A stretch of DNA of 63,906 nucleotides, filler included, from Octopus bimaculoides (taxonomy: Eukaryota): the NCBI RefSeq assembly GCF_001194135.2. It is 7 parts of 7 records of this genome, joined end to end, with 100 filler letters (N's around TTAATTAATTAA, not from the genome) between each part and the next. Parts side by side here need not be neighbours in the genome. Positions count along the whole stretch, not along the records: positions 1 to 25,368 come from NC_069007.1; 6 more parts are not named here. The stretch is one strand, 5' to 3'. The position numbers were made by a program, and so were the translations under genes. How positions within the stretch are numbered: the stretch's first letter is position 1; each line of letters opens with the position of its first letter. Positions 1-12,047 of the stretch are shown piece after piece. Below the pieces are notes generated by a model. The model did no database searches. It was not told where the DNA came from and was given only the letters and a program-made list of their open reading frames with translations.

Positions 1-44
<44 letters not shown>
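1..44. repeat. (TA)n microsatellite
   Basis: Direct reading. Confidence 0.95.
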
Positions 45-47
<3 letters not shown>

Positions 48-49
48 TT

Positions 50-235
50 TGTCACACTCTTAGAAGTAAAGCAGTATATATTAGAAATGAAAAAGGCCGG
101 TTTATGGGATAACCTAAATTTTAGGAGGCTATGGGGGCCAACAGGTTTTTGGGATCTGACGATATGCCATAAGGCTAAACCTTTTATGGACGGGAAACCT
201 AGGTTAATCCCATAAACCGGCCTTCCCCATTATAT
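50..235. mobile_element. Miniature PLE pseudo-LTR derivative with inverted arms (same family as 34080-36585)
   Basis: 93-120 is the reverse complement of about 195-224. 50-100 matches the reverse complement of about 36530-36585, and 140-230 aligns with 36466-36548. Confidence 0.75.
151..211 (+). ncRNA. Hammerhead-like motif with expanded (31-nt) domain II
   Basis: GGGAT-CTGACGA-31 nt-GAAA-CCTAGGT-TA-ATCCC; stem I GGGAT/ATCCC. Confidence 0.5.
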
Positions 236-413
236 ATAGACATAATGCGTATTTAGGTCTTGCCTATTTACGATAATAGGTTTGGCTGCTATTTCTAGCC
301 AGGTCAAACGGCAACGTAGTAACAGAGGCTCGTGTGTTCTCGACACGTGCAAAGGAAGGCATGAGACAAGAGACGGACGAATAAGTAAAAGTGTATTTAA
401 GCGGTTGCGTTAT

Positions 414-445
<32 letters not shown>

Positions 446-537
446 NNNNNNNNNNNNNNNNNNNNNNNNNNNNNNNNNNNNNNNNNNNNNNNNNNNNNNN
501 NNNNNNNNNNNNNNNNNNNNNNNNNNNNNTGTACATA

Positions 538-740
538 TTTACTTGTTTCAGCCATTGGACAGCGGCCATTCTGGGGTACTGCAGAAAAAAAAAAGTGGGG
601 GTTTAGTCGAACAAATCGACAACAGTACTAATTTTTATGTCTGGTACCTGTTCTATCGGCCACTTTGCCGAACCGCTATATTTCAGGGACGTAAATGCAC
701 CGACACCGGTTGTCGAACGGTGGCGGGAGACAAACACACA
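538..740 (-). mobile_element. SINE family A, 3' half, diverged
   Basis: Aligns to the younger copies at 3379 and 22041 (ACTTGTTTCAG..GCGGCCAT..GCCGAACCGCT). Confidence 0.8.
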
Positions 741-756
741 CACACACAACATACAT

Positions 757-789
<33 letters not shown>

Positions 790-1363
790 GGGGGAGGCAC
801 AAACGATATATATATATATATATATAAAACAAACACATTGATGTCACAGGTTCGACGTTTTTCTATTCAGAAGGATTTTTCAATGCTATTTTTCCATGCT
901 ATTATTCATAGCTTTATATACAGTTTAAGATCGAATTCCAATATATATAAAAATATCTTGTGTAAGGCCAGAACAATGCGAGAAGGTACATAGTAAATTA
1001 CATTCTTCCACCCTTACATAACAAATCTCTTTAAGGTTATACCACACAATGCTTTACCAAAACCTCATTATATATATATATATTGCCTTATCTTCGAAAC
1101 GTCTAGTTAGAATAGAGGCAGCTGACAAAGGATTAATTCCAAGTGGCTATCTGTTTTCCTATGTTTTCGTTCCGTTGTCTGTAGTTCATTGTTCTAACGT
1201 CCTGTACCCTGATATGCATCTATATACACATGTAGATGTATGTACATATATGTGTGTATGCATGCATATATATTCTTTGTATTATATATATATATAGGCG
1301 AAGGTAAATATACATATATACACAAGCGCGCACCTACGGGCGCAATCAGATTTTCGTCTAACC

Positions 1364-1617
1364 TAATGGTTTTCAACTGGGGTTCATATGACCCTTAGAG
1401 GCCCATATAAGATTTTGCTGTAAAACTTTCTGTGAAATAAACTGTTTATACTTCTACAATACAAAAATATTTTTAAAAATTTTTATACAATCCCTAATAA
1501 TACCTAATAATGAATATAGAATAAGTTTATATTTATATATTGAATGACAATGGAGGTCCAGTAAAGTAAGATAGGGATCAAACGGGTCCATAGTCAAAAA
1601 ATGTTTGAGAACCACTC
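1364..1617. mobile_element. hAT-like MITE
   Basis: Imperfect TIRs TAATGGTTTTCAAC / TTTGAGAACCACT resembling CAGTGGTTCTCAA-type hAT ends; no coding capacity. Confidence 0.45.
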
Positions 1618-2847
1618 TCATTACAATCGCAAGGCATTTGGTCATCCTGGATCTTTAGTAGAGAACACTTGACCGAGATGCCACGCGTACTTTAAAAAAA
1701 AAAGTACAAAAATGAGATAAAAGTACTTTTTGGTCCGACTGCTTATCCGTAATTCTTCAATTTTTGACTATTTTGAACAAAAAAACGCATTTCTTTCATT
1801 TTCTTTTCTTTTTTTCCGAAAAAATACGAGACTATTACCCTTTGAAAATATGTGTAACTTAAATCTGAAAGAATTATTATTTTTTTTTTTTTTGCTGCAG
1901 CTTCAAAATCCACGTCGCTTAAAACATAGCCAACCGAAGAAATTTCGGTTTTTATCACNNNNNNNNNNNNNNNNNNNNNNNNNNNNNNNNNNNNNNNNNN
2001 NNNNNNNNNNNNNNNNNNNNNNNNNNNNNNNNNNNNNNNNNNNNNNNNNNNNNNNNNNNNNNNNNNNNNNNNNNNNNNNNNNNNNNNNNNNNNNNNNNNN
2101 NNNNNNNNNNNNNNNNNNNNNNNNNNNNNNNNNNNNNNNNNNNNNNNNNNNNNNNNNNNNNNNNNNNNNNNNNNNNNNNNNNNNNNNNNNNNNNNNNNNN
2201 NNNNNNNNNNNNNNNNNNNNNNNNNNNNNNNNNNNNNNNNNNNNNNNNNNNNNNNNNNNNNNNNNNNNNNNNNNNNNNNNNNNNNNNNNNNNNNNNNNNN
2301 NNNNNNNNNNNNNNNNNNNNNNNNNNNNNNNNNNNNNNNNNNNNNNNNNNNNNNNNNNNNNNNNNNNNNNNNNNNNNNNNNNNNNNNNNNNNNNNNNNNN
2401 NNNNNNNNNNNNNNNNNNNNNNNNNNNNNNNNNNNNNNNNNNNNNNNNNNNNNNNNNNNNNNNNNNNNNNNNNNNNNNNNNNNNNNNNNNNNNNNNNNNN
2501 NNNNNNNNNNNNNNNNNNNNNNNNNNNNNNNNNNNNNNNNNNNNNNNNNNNNNNNNNNNNNNNNNNNNNNNNNNNNNNNNNNNNNNNNNNNNNNNNNNNN
2601 NNNNNNNNNNNNNNNNNNNNNNNNNNNNNNNNNNNNNNNNNNNNNNNNNNNNNNNNNNNNNNGTTTTATTTATATTCCTGCAGAACCAATGTGGGGTATA
2701 GAATATGGAATATACAATATATAATATAATATACAATATATAATATAAAATAAAATAAAATAAAAATGGATGGCACCATGAAATAAAGTATTGAATGTAG
2801 ATGAAATATTGAGTGTTCAATATAAAGGATCAAATATATAAATATAA

Positions 2848-2878
<31 letters not shown>

Positions 2879-3378
2879 TATAATATTCGTAGCCACTTTA
2901 ATATGGCTGTGTGTTACGGCGGACTCTACTGCGATTTTTTAACCTCAAGAGGACATCTCTAGCTGGTTAACGATGCGCAGTTGCATCCAATAAAATTACG
3001 AGCAGGGGAGCGAACCCCTACCGTCTCCAGGCGACGGAACCAGTAGACCAGTCATGATTTCCGGCTATTTCTGCCACTCCTCGGTACTGGACACCTAATC
3101 TGCTAGATATGATAGCAGCTCGCTACTCCACGCAATATATACATTTCAAGCCAACACACAGTCGATGATTTTGCAACAAGCAAAAATGCTAGTTCTAAAA
3201 TCTCTCGATATATGTATGTATATAAATATACATACATATATATAGGCACACACACACATACATAAATAAATACAGACACACATATATAGACATACATACA
3301 TACATATATATAGACATACATACATAAACACACATATAGACATACATATATACACGCATAGACACACATACATATATA

Positions 3379-3707
3379 CTCTTTACTCTTTTACTTGTTT
3401 CAGTCTTTTGACTGCGGCCATGCTGGAGCACCGCCTTTAGTCGAGCAAATCGACCCCAGGACTTATTCTTTGGAAGCCTAGTACTTATTCTATCGGTCTC
3501 CTTTGCCGAACCGCTAAGTTACGGGGACATAAACACACCAGCATCGGTTGTCAAACGATGTTGGGGGGACAAACACAGACATACACACATACATATATAT
3601 ATACATATATACGACAGGCTTCTTTCAGTTTCCGTCTACCAAATCCACTCACAAGGCTTTGGTCGGCCCGAGGCTATAGTAGAAGACACTTGCCCAAGAT
3701 GCCACGC
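3379..3707 (-). mobile_element. SINE family A, young copy (5' end lost in gap)
   Basis: Nearly identical to 22041-22438 and 25118-25335. Confidence 0.9.
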
Positions 3708-4520
3708 NNNNNNNNNNNNNNNNNNNNNNNNNNNNNNNNNNNNNNNNNNNNNNNNNNNNNNNNNNNNNNNNNNNNNNNNNNNNNNNNNNNNNNNNNNNNN
3801 NNNNNNNNNNNNNNNNNNNNNNNNNNNNNNNNNNNNNNNNNNNNNNNNNNNNNNNNNNNNNNNNNNNNNNNNNNNNNNNNNNNNNNNNNNNNNNNNNNNN
3901 NNNNNNNNNNNNNNNNNNNNNNNNNNNNNNNNNNNNNNNNNNNNNNNNNNNNNNNNNNNNNNNNNNNNNNNNNNNNNNNNNNNNNNNNNNNNNNNNNNNN
4001 NNNNNNNNNNNNNNNNNNNNNNNNNNNNNNNNNNNNNNNNNNNNNNNNNNNNNNNNNNNNNNNNNNNNNNNNNNNNNNNNNNNNNNNNNNNNNNNNNNNN
4101 NNNNNNNNNNNNNNNNNNNNNNNNNNNNNNNNNNNNNNNNNNNNNNNNNNNNNNNNNNNNNNNNNNNNNNNNNNNNNNNNNNNNNNNNNNNNNNNNNNNN
4201 NNNNNNNNNNNNNNNNNNNNNNNNNNNNNNNNNNNNNNNNNNNNNNNNNNNNNNNNNNNNNNNNNNNNNNNNNNNNNNNNNNNNNNNNNNNNNNNNNNNN
4301 NNNNNNNNNNNNNNNNNNNNNNNNNNNNNNNNNNNNNNNNNNNNNNNNNNNNNNNNNNNNNNNNNNNNNNNNNNNNNNNNNNNNNNNNNNNNNNNNNNNN
4401 NNNNNNNNNNNNNNNNNNNNNNNNNNNNNNNNNNNNNNNNNNNNNNNNNNGCAACAAGCAAAAATGCTAGTTCTAAAATCTCTCGATATATGTATGTATA
4501 TAAATATACATACATATAAG

Positions 4521-4918
4521 TGCAGGCGTAACTGTGTGGTAAGCAGCTTGCTTCCCAATCACATGGTTCTAGGTTCAGCCCCACTGCATGGCACCTTGGG
4601 CAAGTGTCTTCTACTATAGCCTCAGTCTGACTAAAGCCTTGTGAGTGGATTTGGTAGACAGAAACTGAAAGAAGCCTGTCGTCTGTACATGTATATATAT
4701 ATATATGTGTGTGTGTGTGTCTGAGTTTATGTTTGTCCTCCACCACCACTTGGCATCTGATGTTGGTTTGTTTATATCCCAGTATGTTAATGAACTGGCA
4801 AAAATAGACTGATAGAACAACAGGCTGAAAAATAAGTCCTGGGGTCACTGTTTCACTAAACCCGCCATGGTGGTGCTCCAGCATGGCCACAGTCCAAAGA
4901 CTGAAACAAGTGAAAGAT
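4521..4918 (+). mobile_element. SINE family A, full length
   Basis: tRNA-like head (A-box-like CTGTGTGGTAAG, B-box-like GGTTCAGCCCC), CCTTGGGCAAGTGTCTT core, internal TA/TG microsatellite, CTGAAACAAGT tail. Confidence 0.85.
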
Positions 4919-5149
4919 ATATATGGAAGATGTACACCCACACATATGCCAGTAAGCATCCACTCATACAAGCACTCATCAACATCCACTCAGAGTGAGT
5001 GGGCGTTTTTGAGTGCTTGTATGGGTGTGTATACACATGCACCCACATCTATATACAAACACCTGTTAACACCAATCCATATACACACACATCTGCACAA
5101 ACATGTATACAGTGCCCACACAAACTCATCAACACCCCCTCATAATCAT

Positions 5150-5188
<39 letters not shown>

Positions 5189-5304
5189 AATATATAGTTT
5201 CAGGGAAAATAACCAAGTTTCAAGAACTCATCGATGAAATTGAGTTTTTACCTGTAATTTTGGATTTTGTCCCTAATATTATTATATATATATATATATA
5301 ATTA

Positions 5305-5672
5305 GGCACAGGCATGGCTGTGACGTAAGAAGCTTGTTTCTACACCACATGGTTCCAGGTTCAGTCCTACTGCATGGCACCTTGAGCAAGTGTCTTCTAC
5401 TATAGCCTTGGACTGACCAAAGCCTTGTGAGTGAATTTGATATATATATGTGTGTGTGTGTGTGTGTCTGTCTGTCTGACCCCCCACCATCACTTGACAA
5501 CTGATGCTGGTGTGTGTTTATGTCCCCCATAACTTAGCGGTTCAGCAAAAGTGACCAATAGAATAAGTACTAGACTTACAGAGAATAAGTCCCAGAGTCG
5601 ATTTCTTTGACTAAAACCCTTTAAGGCGGTGCTCCAGCATGGCTACAATCAAATGACTGAAACAGGTAAAAA
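5305..5672 (+). mobile_element. SINE family A
   Basis: Colinear with 4521-4918. Confidence 0.85.
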
Positions 5673-6194
5673 AATATCTGCTTGTGTGTGTGAGAATGTG
5701 TTTATATATATATATATATATATTACAAACACATTCTCACATACACAAGCATTCATAAACACCTCATATACACACGCTTGCATTAGTCAGATGAGAGGAC
5801 GTTGCAAAAGAGTTTTCCATTGTCAAATGCCTTTCCTCTTGCCAACCCAGTCTACCACAAACAAACATTATTTACAAACACCATAGGTGTTAAGAAGCCT
5901 GGACATTGCTTTCACAGTGGACTGCAAGGCAAGTAACTCTCCCAGAGGAGTCATTATTTACAATCAGCAAACACAAGTGAAGACAAGAACATGCAAGGCT
6001 ATGGAAATACAATCACACAGATACAACGGACACACATTTATACAGAGAGTGGAAGCCATTTATTGTGATCTTGCTGGGAAAGAGATTTTCAATTATGATA
6101 TAATAATATCCAGGTTATGTCAGGGACCCACTAATTCTGATAATAACCGTTTGATAACATTATCCAGAATAAGAAAAAGCAGCTGGCATTATAT

Positions 6195-6335
6195 ATGTAT
6201 ATATAAACACACACGTTTATATATGTATATAACCAAATAATTATATACAAAATACATGTATATATAAACACACACGTTTATATATGTATATAACCAAATA
6301 ATTATATACAAAATACATGTATATATAAACACGCA
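6195..6335. repeat. Tandem duplication of a ~60-bp AT-rich unit
   Basis: ATGTATATATAAACACACACGTTTATATATGTATATAACCAAATAATTATATACAAAATAC twice plus a partial third copy, no gap. Confidence 0.85.
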
Positions 6336-6399
6336 AATATATATGTATTTTTACAACATGGTAGTTTTTTTTTTATTTATAATTAATTTAAGCGTGATC

Positions 6400-6716
6400 G
6401 TTACCAGTGTCGCCTTCCTGGCACGTGAAAAGACATTCGAGCGAGATCGTTGCCAGTGCCGCCTAACTGGCTCTTGTGCAGGTGGCACATAAAATACACC
6501 ATTTTGAACGTAGCCGTTGCCAGTACCGCCTAACTGGCATTCGTACCCGTGGCACGTAAAAGCACCCACTACACTCTAGGAGTGGTTGGCGTTAGGAAGG
6601 GCATCCAGCTGTAGAAACTCTGCCAAATCAGATTGGAGCCTGGTGTAGCCATCCGGTTCACCAGTCCTCGGTCAAATCATCCAACCCATGCTAGCATGGA
6701 AAGCGGACGTTAAACG
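6400..6716 (+). mobile_element. SINE/non-autonomous retroposon family C
   Basis: Reverse complement of 14965-15260; ends in CCAACCCATGCTAGCATGGAAAGCGGACGTTAAACG. Confidence 0.85.
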
Positions 6717-6993
6717 AACGACGGTAACCAAATAATTATTGTGTATGACCAACCATAAAATTAAAAGAAAAAATTTTGATGTACCTGTCTCCATATTCTT
6801 TATGATTGTTTGAAATCCATACACTTGATAATATTCATAAACCAGGAAGCAAAACCTGGGTTTTCTATCAGAAGAATTACAATGAGATTGCTAATACTCA
6901 GTACTACTTGATGCAGTTTGCTGTAACCTGGAATATACCTGAGAACTACCAAAGTCTGCACCTGGATAATATTATCCCTATACACCCACATTA

Positions 6994-7117
6994 TATAGAT
7001 GTTTTCAATCTAGTTTGGATTCTTTGCAATCAAATTTGAATTCCTTGCCATCAAATTTGATTGCAAAGAATTCAAATTTGATGGCAAAGAATCCAAACTA
7101 GATCGAAAACATCTATA
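6994..7117. repeat. 124-bp spacer-less palindrome built from 21-bp subrepeats
   Basis: Centre TCAAATTTGA (7051-7060); arms pair with 4 mismatches. Confidence 0.9.
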
Positions 7118-8153
7118 ATATGACATTTACGCACAAGTGGTTCGCAACATACATATATTATGATATATATTATACACAATTATTATATATATATATATAT
7201 AACTATAATAATAAATGCCAAAACGAATTTCTGTGTGTCAGTGTGTCACATTTTGATCCTCCCCTTTCTCACTATTCAATGACACTTCTTCTACTCCTCT
7301 TGTTGGGGTGAGAGTAATAAGCATAGAGATGGTGAGGGTGGTAGTAGATTGACGGTTGTGATGGTAAAGGGGTGATAGTAATAGTATGAACTGTAGTTGT
7401 GATAGAGGCGGAGGTGGTGGTGGTGGTAGCTGAGGTGGTCAAGTATGACGGTGATAGTAAAGTATGTGGTGATGGTGGTGGAGGGGAAGGTGGCAAAGTC
7501 AAAGGTATTGATGGTGGTAGTGTCAAAAGTCTGAATGGCGTGTATGTGGCAGTTGTGGTGATGGTTGAAAACAATCAACAGAAAGAGAGAGAGAGAGAAA
7601 GAAAGAGGTTAGAGAGAAAAAAAAATTGTACTGACTCCCACCCTTGAATGGGAAGACAAAAACTGTTGTTTATCATGAAGCTTTGCAATAAGTTCCAAGT
7701 CAACATATTATATCATTGTGTTGATGAAAATTGTTCATTGCTTGAAAAATACTGGTCAAATTTAATAAAATTTAATATGTACTCAATGCATGAAGGGTCA
7801 TTATTAGGCTCAAGGCCCTATGAAGAGCCCTCCACAGGAGCTAGCTTAAAGTCCACCCGATAGGGCAGCTGGGTGCAATATAAACTGTATAGGCAAAATT
7901 TAGTTGTCACTAATTGTGATTGTATGTGCTACAAGTATATATATTGCTAGAAATAACAGATAAACCACTTATAGCTATGAAAAAGCACACATATATACCG
8001 ACAGGGTAGATAGCTACCCCATGAGTGAAGCTAGACCACAGGACTGCACAGTTTCATTGCAATGGGAATTGTCAAGGGTGTGCCTCCATAGATACACACG
8101 CACACAGAGAAAAGGCTTCTTTCAATTTCCATCTACCGAATCCACTCACAAGG

Positions 8154-8408
8154 CACCCTGCCTGGCATAGCTGCACCAACAGAGGTGCCACCTACAAACA
8201 GAATGGGATTGCAAGAACACAAAGAAAACATGAACTGCACAAGTCCAGAGCCAACTGTTTGCCTTCATTCCCTGTAGACCACCAGTGCCTGACCTGTGGC
8301 AGAACCTTCCGAGCATTCATTGGACTGATTGGCCACAACTGGACACACCATGACCCATCATCTTCTCCCATGGGATGTCCTTGGTCATCATCAACAACAG
8401 ACGAACAT
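8154..8408 (+). mobile_element. RTE-clade LINE 3' end
   Basis: Translation ...HQCLTCGRTFRAFIGLIGHNWTH matches the C-terminal CxxC-GRxF-IGLxSHxxxH finger of RTE ORFs; short 3' UTR ending GTCATCATCAACAACAGACGAAC. Confidence 0.8.
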
Positions 8409-8639
8409 TATTATTATGTCCACATTGCTTCTAAGTCTATCTAAATCAATGAAAGATCCTCTAAACGGCTGTTTGATCTGCCAGAAATAGCAACCAAGTC
8501 TCCCTCAAACCACACCCTGCCATCATTATAGTTTTATATGCTTAACTTTTCATGCTTGCATGGGTTAGATGGAATTTGTTGAGTCAGATTTCCTATAGTT
8601 GGGTGCCCTTCCTGTTACCAACATTCACCTGTTTCCAAG

Positions 8640-9007
8640 GTAAAAACTCCCTTCGGTCATGAATGACCATAGGATTGCATTTAGAAAATCCAGGCAAGGT
8701 TGTTTATAGAAGACCAACAGATGCCCATGCATGCCAGCCCCCCCTCTCCATGCCACCAATGTTATCTGAGGGAAAGGCAAAGGGGCCGATACAGCTTGAC
8801 ACCAGTGATATCGCAACTCATTTCTACAGCTGAATGAACTGGAGCAACGTGAAATAAAGTGTCTTGCTGAAGAACACAACACAGTCCAGTCCAGGAATCN
8901 NNNNNNNNNTCTTGCTGAAGAACACAACACAGTCCAGTCCAGGAATCGAACTCATCATCTCATGATTGTAAGCCCAATGCTCTAACTACTGAGCCATGCG
9001 CCCTCAC
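8640..9007 (-). mobile_element. tRNA-derived SINE family D
   Basis: Minus strand: GCATGGCTCAGTAGTTAGAGC (A box)..GAGTTCGATTCC (B box), then TTGTGTTCTTCAGCAAGACACTTTA core-like segment. Confidence 0.8.
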
Positions 9008-10126
9008 TGATTCCAAGGTAATATTTCCCAATGGTTGAACATATTTTTCACAGAAAACTGCAAACAAATGACACTCCTCGAATAATGGTGACGCCCATTT
9101 TATAACTATTGTGCAATGTCAAGACAAGGAGACACAAAACATTCACACACATATATCATCATCGAAGCAAATTTTCTACAGTCGGATGCTCGTCCTGTCA
9201 CTAACCCTTACCTGTCTCTAAACAATGTAATAATTTCTCACAGCAAGATATGTTTTTCATTGGAGAATAGAAACGAATAACCCCACTTGTATGGCAATGG
9301 CACATGTTTACTATCATCACGTGACGTCTAGACAAGAATACAAACCCATACATGTGTATGCAATGGGCTTCTCTCAGTCTATGTCCACCAAGTCCATTGT
9401 TGGCCAAGTGCTATAGAAGATATTTGCCCAAAGTGTCATGTGGTGGAACAGAACCCTAAACTAGACAGTCATGCTTGTATGTACCTTTTATCTTTTACTC
9501 GATACAGTCATCAGACTCCAGCCATATTGGGGCACCACTCTGAAAAGTTTTAATCGAATGAATCAACCCTGTAAATATTTACAATTCAATCCCAGATTAT
9601 CCTTCACTGAAAAAGAAAAAAAATCACAAGGTAACAAATGTACCTCTGTTGATTTGCTAGAAATAGCAGCTAAATCTCCTTCAAATCATCTCTCTTTGTT
9701 TCAGAGGGAAAAAAAGAAAAGGAGGGATGCATTAGATATTAGCTCTTGAAAAACAATGACTGAATGTTTCAAAAAATGATAGGGGAAGTCATGGTTGGAT
9801 TGTCTTTGATTGCTGTTTTGCTTAATCACAGCTGAGCTACAGCTAAACAAGTATAATCCAAATCCTTTAGTAATTAAAGTATTTTATAATTAGGCCAGGA
9901 TCGTTAATAAATAAAGAGACTTATTAAGACACCCACATTTGGAGGGAAATATGAGAAAGTAACGAAGAAGCTTACACATGGTTACATAGCATACTAAAAA
10001 TAGCAGTGAAATAGAGGAAGATGCACAGAGAGAAGAAGGTGAAGTGGACAAGCGCTCTCTGCTATAGCCCCAGGCCAACCAAAGCCTTGTGAGTGAATCG
10101 GTAAGAGGAAATTGAAATATGTTGGT

Positions 10127-10169
<43 letters not shown>

Positions 10170-10609
10170 CCTTGTCTAGACATCACGTGATGGCTGTAAA
10201 CAAACATCACTATCACACAAGCAGTGTTGTTCATATCCAGTCTTCTTTGAAAATCATGTTTGGACATCAGGAAATATTATTTGGCTAGAAAACAGGTCGG
10301 GGCTGGCAACAAGAAGGGCATCCACTCACACCTCAGCAAATTCGGTCTAATCCATGCAAGCATGGAAAAGTGGGCGTTAAATTATGATGATGATGATGAT
10401 GACTATCGATTGACAGAAAGTTACAGCACTGGACGAAATGACCAGCAGAATCTCTTGGGACGTTTACGTCCCGAGTTCAAACGCTGCCAAGGTCAACTTT
10501 GCCTTTTACCGTCCCAGGATCGATGAAATACACACCGATCGAGTCTTGGGGTAATTAACGATACACGTGGAGTAGGTAAGGGTTCGCTGCCAGTGATGGG
10601 ACAGGTAAT

Positions 10610-10702
10610 TTGGCGGAGGTAAAGAATACGCACACCACCACCCGTTTTTGGCGTAACCCTAACTCTAAAACACCGGGTGTACGTATTCTTTACCTTCGCC
10701 AA
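10610..10702. mobile_element. 93-bp MITE with 27-bp TIRs and TAAT flanking duplication
   Basis: TTGGCGGAGGTAAAGAATACGCACACC vs reverse complement of GGTGTACGTATTCTTTACCTTCGCCAA (25/27); TAAT on both sides. Confidence 0.7.
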
Positions 10703-10837
10703 TAATTTAATAATATATAATATCCATTCGCAGTACCGATGGGATCTATAATACTTGATTTAATTGACTAACCCCTCCCCGCTACATTTCTAACCCTGTA
10801 CTTATATAAGAAATAGTAATTATAATTATCATTAACA

Positions 10838-11165
10838 CTGGCAAGTTGGCAGAATCGTTAGCACGCCGAACAAAATGCTTAGCGGCGTTTCATCTGTTTT
10901 TACCTACTGAGTTCAAATTCCACTTACGTTGACTTTGCCTTTCATCCTTTCTGGGTCGATATAATCATCTTCCTCTCCTCTCAAAAACTGTTAACCCAAA
11001 TTTGAAACCATAATTATTACTATTTACTAATTCCGCTGAGGTCGATTTTGCCTTTCATCCTTTCGTGGGATCGACAAAATAAGTACCAGATATACACTGG
11101 GGTCAATGTAATCGACTTAACCCTCTCCCCAAAATTGCTGCCCTTGTGGCAAAATTTGAAACCAT
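10838..11165 (+). mobile_element. Two SINE family B copies
   Basis: TGGCAGAATCGTTAGCACGCCG head, GAGTTCAAATTC B box, TTTGCCTTTCATCCTTTC core; align to 58455-58687. Confidence 0.8.
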
Positions 11166-11980
11166 TATTATTATTATTATTATAAGCATCTCATATTATA
11201 AAAGAAATTATTATTAGCTCTGTCACGTGCTCTAACACTGGGTCTTCGGATTCCTTCCTAGTAATAACCTTTGTGGTTGAAAAGAACGTTTCGTTGCTGG
11301 CGTTACCTCACACACACGCAGACACACACACAGAGTCGGAACACGATAACTAGATTGCTAAGAGAATTGAAGTGTCAAGGTGTTTGTTTTAAACCTCTCC
11401 ACGAACCAAACAACTGCTTTATGTAACATATATTGTATCTATGTACACACACACTGCCAACTGCCACGAATATACTAAAATACTATGTTTGAAACAAGAC
11501 GAAAGGAAAAAAATGATAGAGAAGAGAGATTGGAATGAATGAAAAATCGTGTTAGAGAGAGAGAAATGTGAATGAATGGATGGGCGTGACGTCAAAATCG
11601 TGTTATGTAAGAGGTGGGGGGGATCGTTTTTTCGTTTTGCTCGGCCTTACCCTTAGCTACATATCTTAGAACGTACAACAGCCACTTGGTAATTAACGAA
11701 ACCTACCTACAGAATAGTAATTACGAAAGAAATCATTGTTGTTTTTGTTATTTGCTGTAGTATTAATGCTGTTATTATTATTATTATCATTAAAATGACA
11801 GCGAAAGGACAATTAAAGATGGGATGAGAGGGAATAAGGAGAGTGAAGCATTTTCTTTTTTCTCTTTTAATTATTATTCTGTGTGAAATGCGAGGCATTC
11901 TAGAAATCTTGCTTCGTCCAAGCTTACCTTCCGTCCCTCGAAAAAAAAATGATTTCTTTTGTAAGCCACGGGAGCAATTA

Positions 11981-11982
11981 AC

Positions 11983-12046
<64 letters not shown>
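11981..12046. repeat. (AAT)n microsatellite
   Basis: Direct reading. Confidence 0.95.

Positions 12047-12047
<1 letters not shown>

Noticed and set aside
5887-6100. KTRTCKAMEIQSH resembling the end of a PLE GIY-YIG domain
   Set aside because: No other diagnostic residues; too weak.
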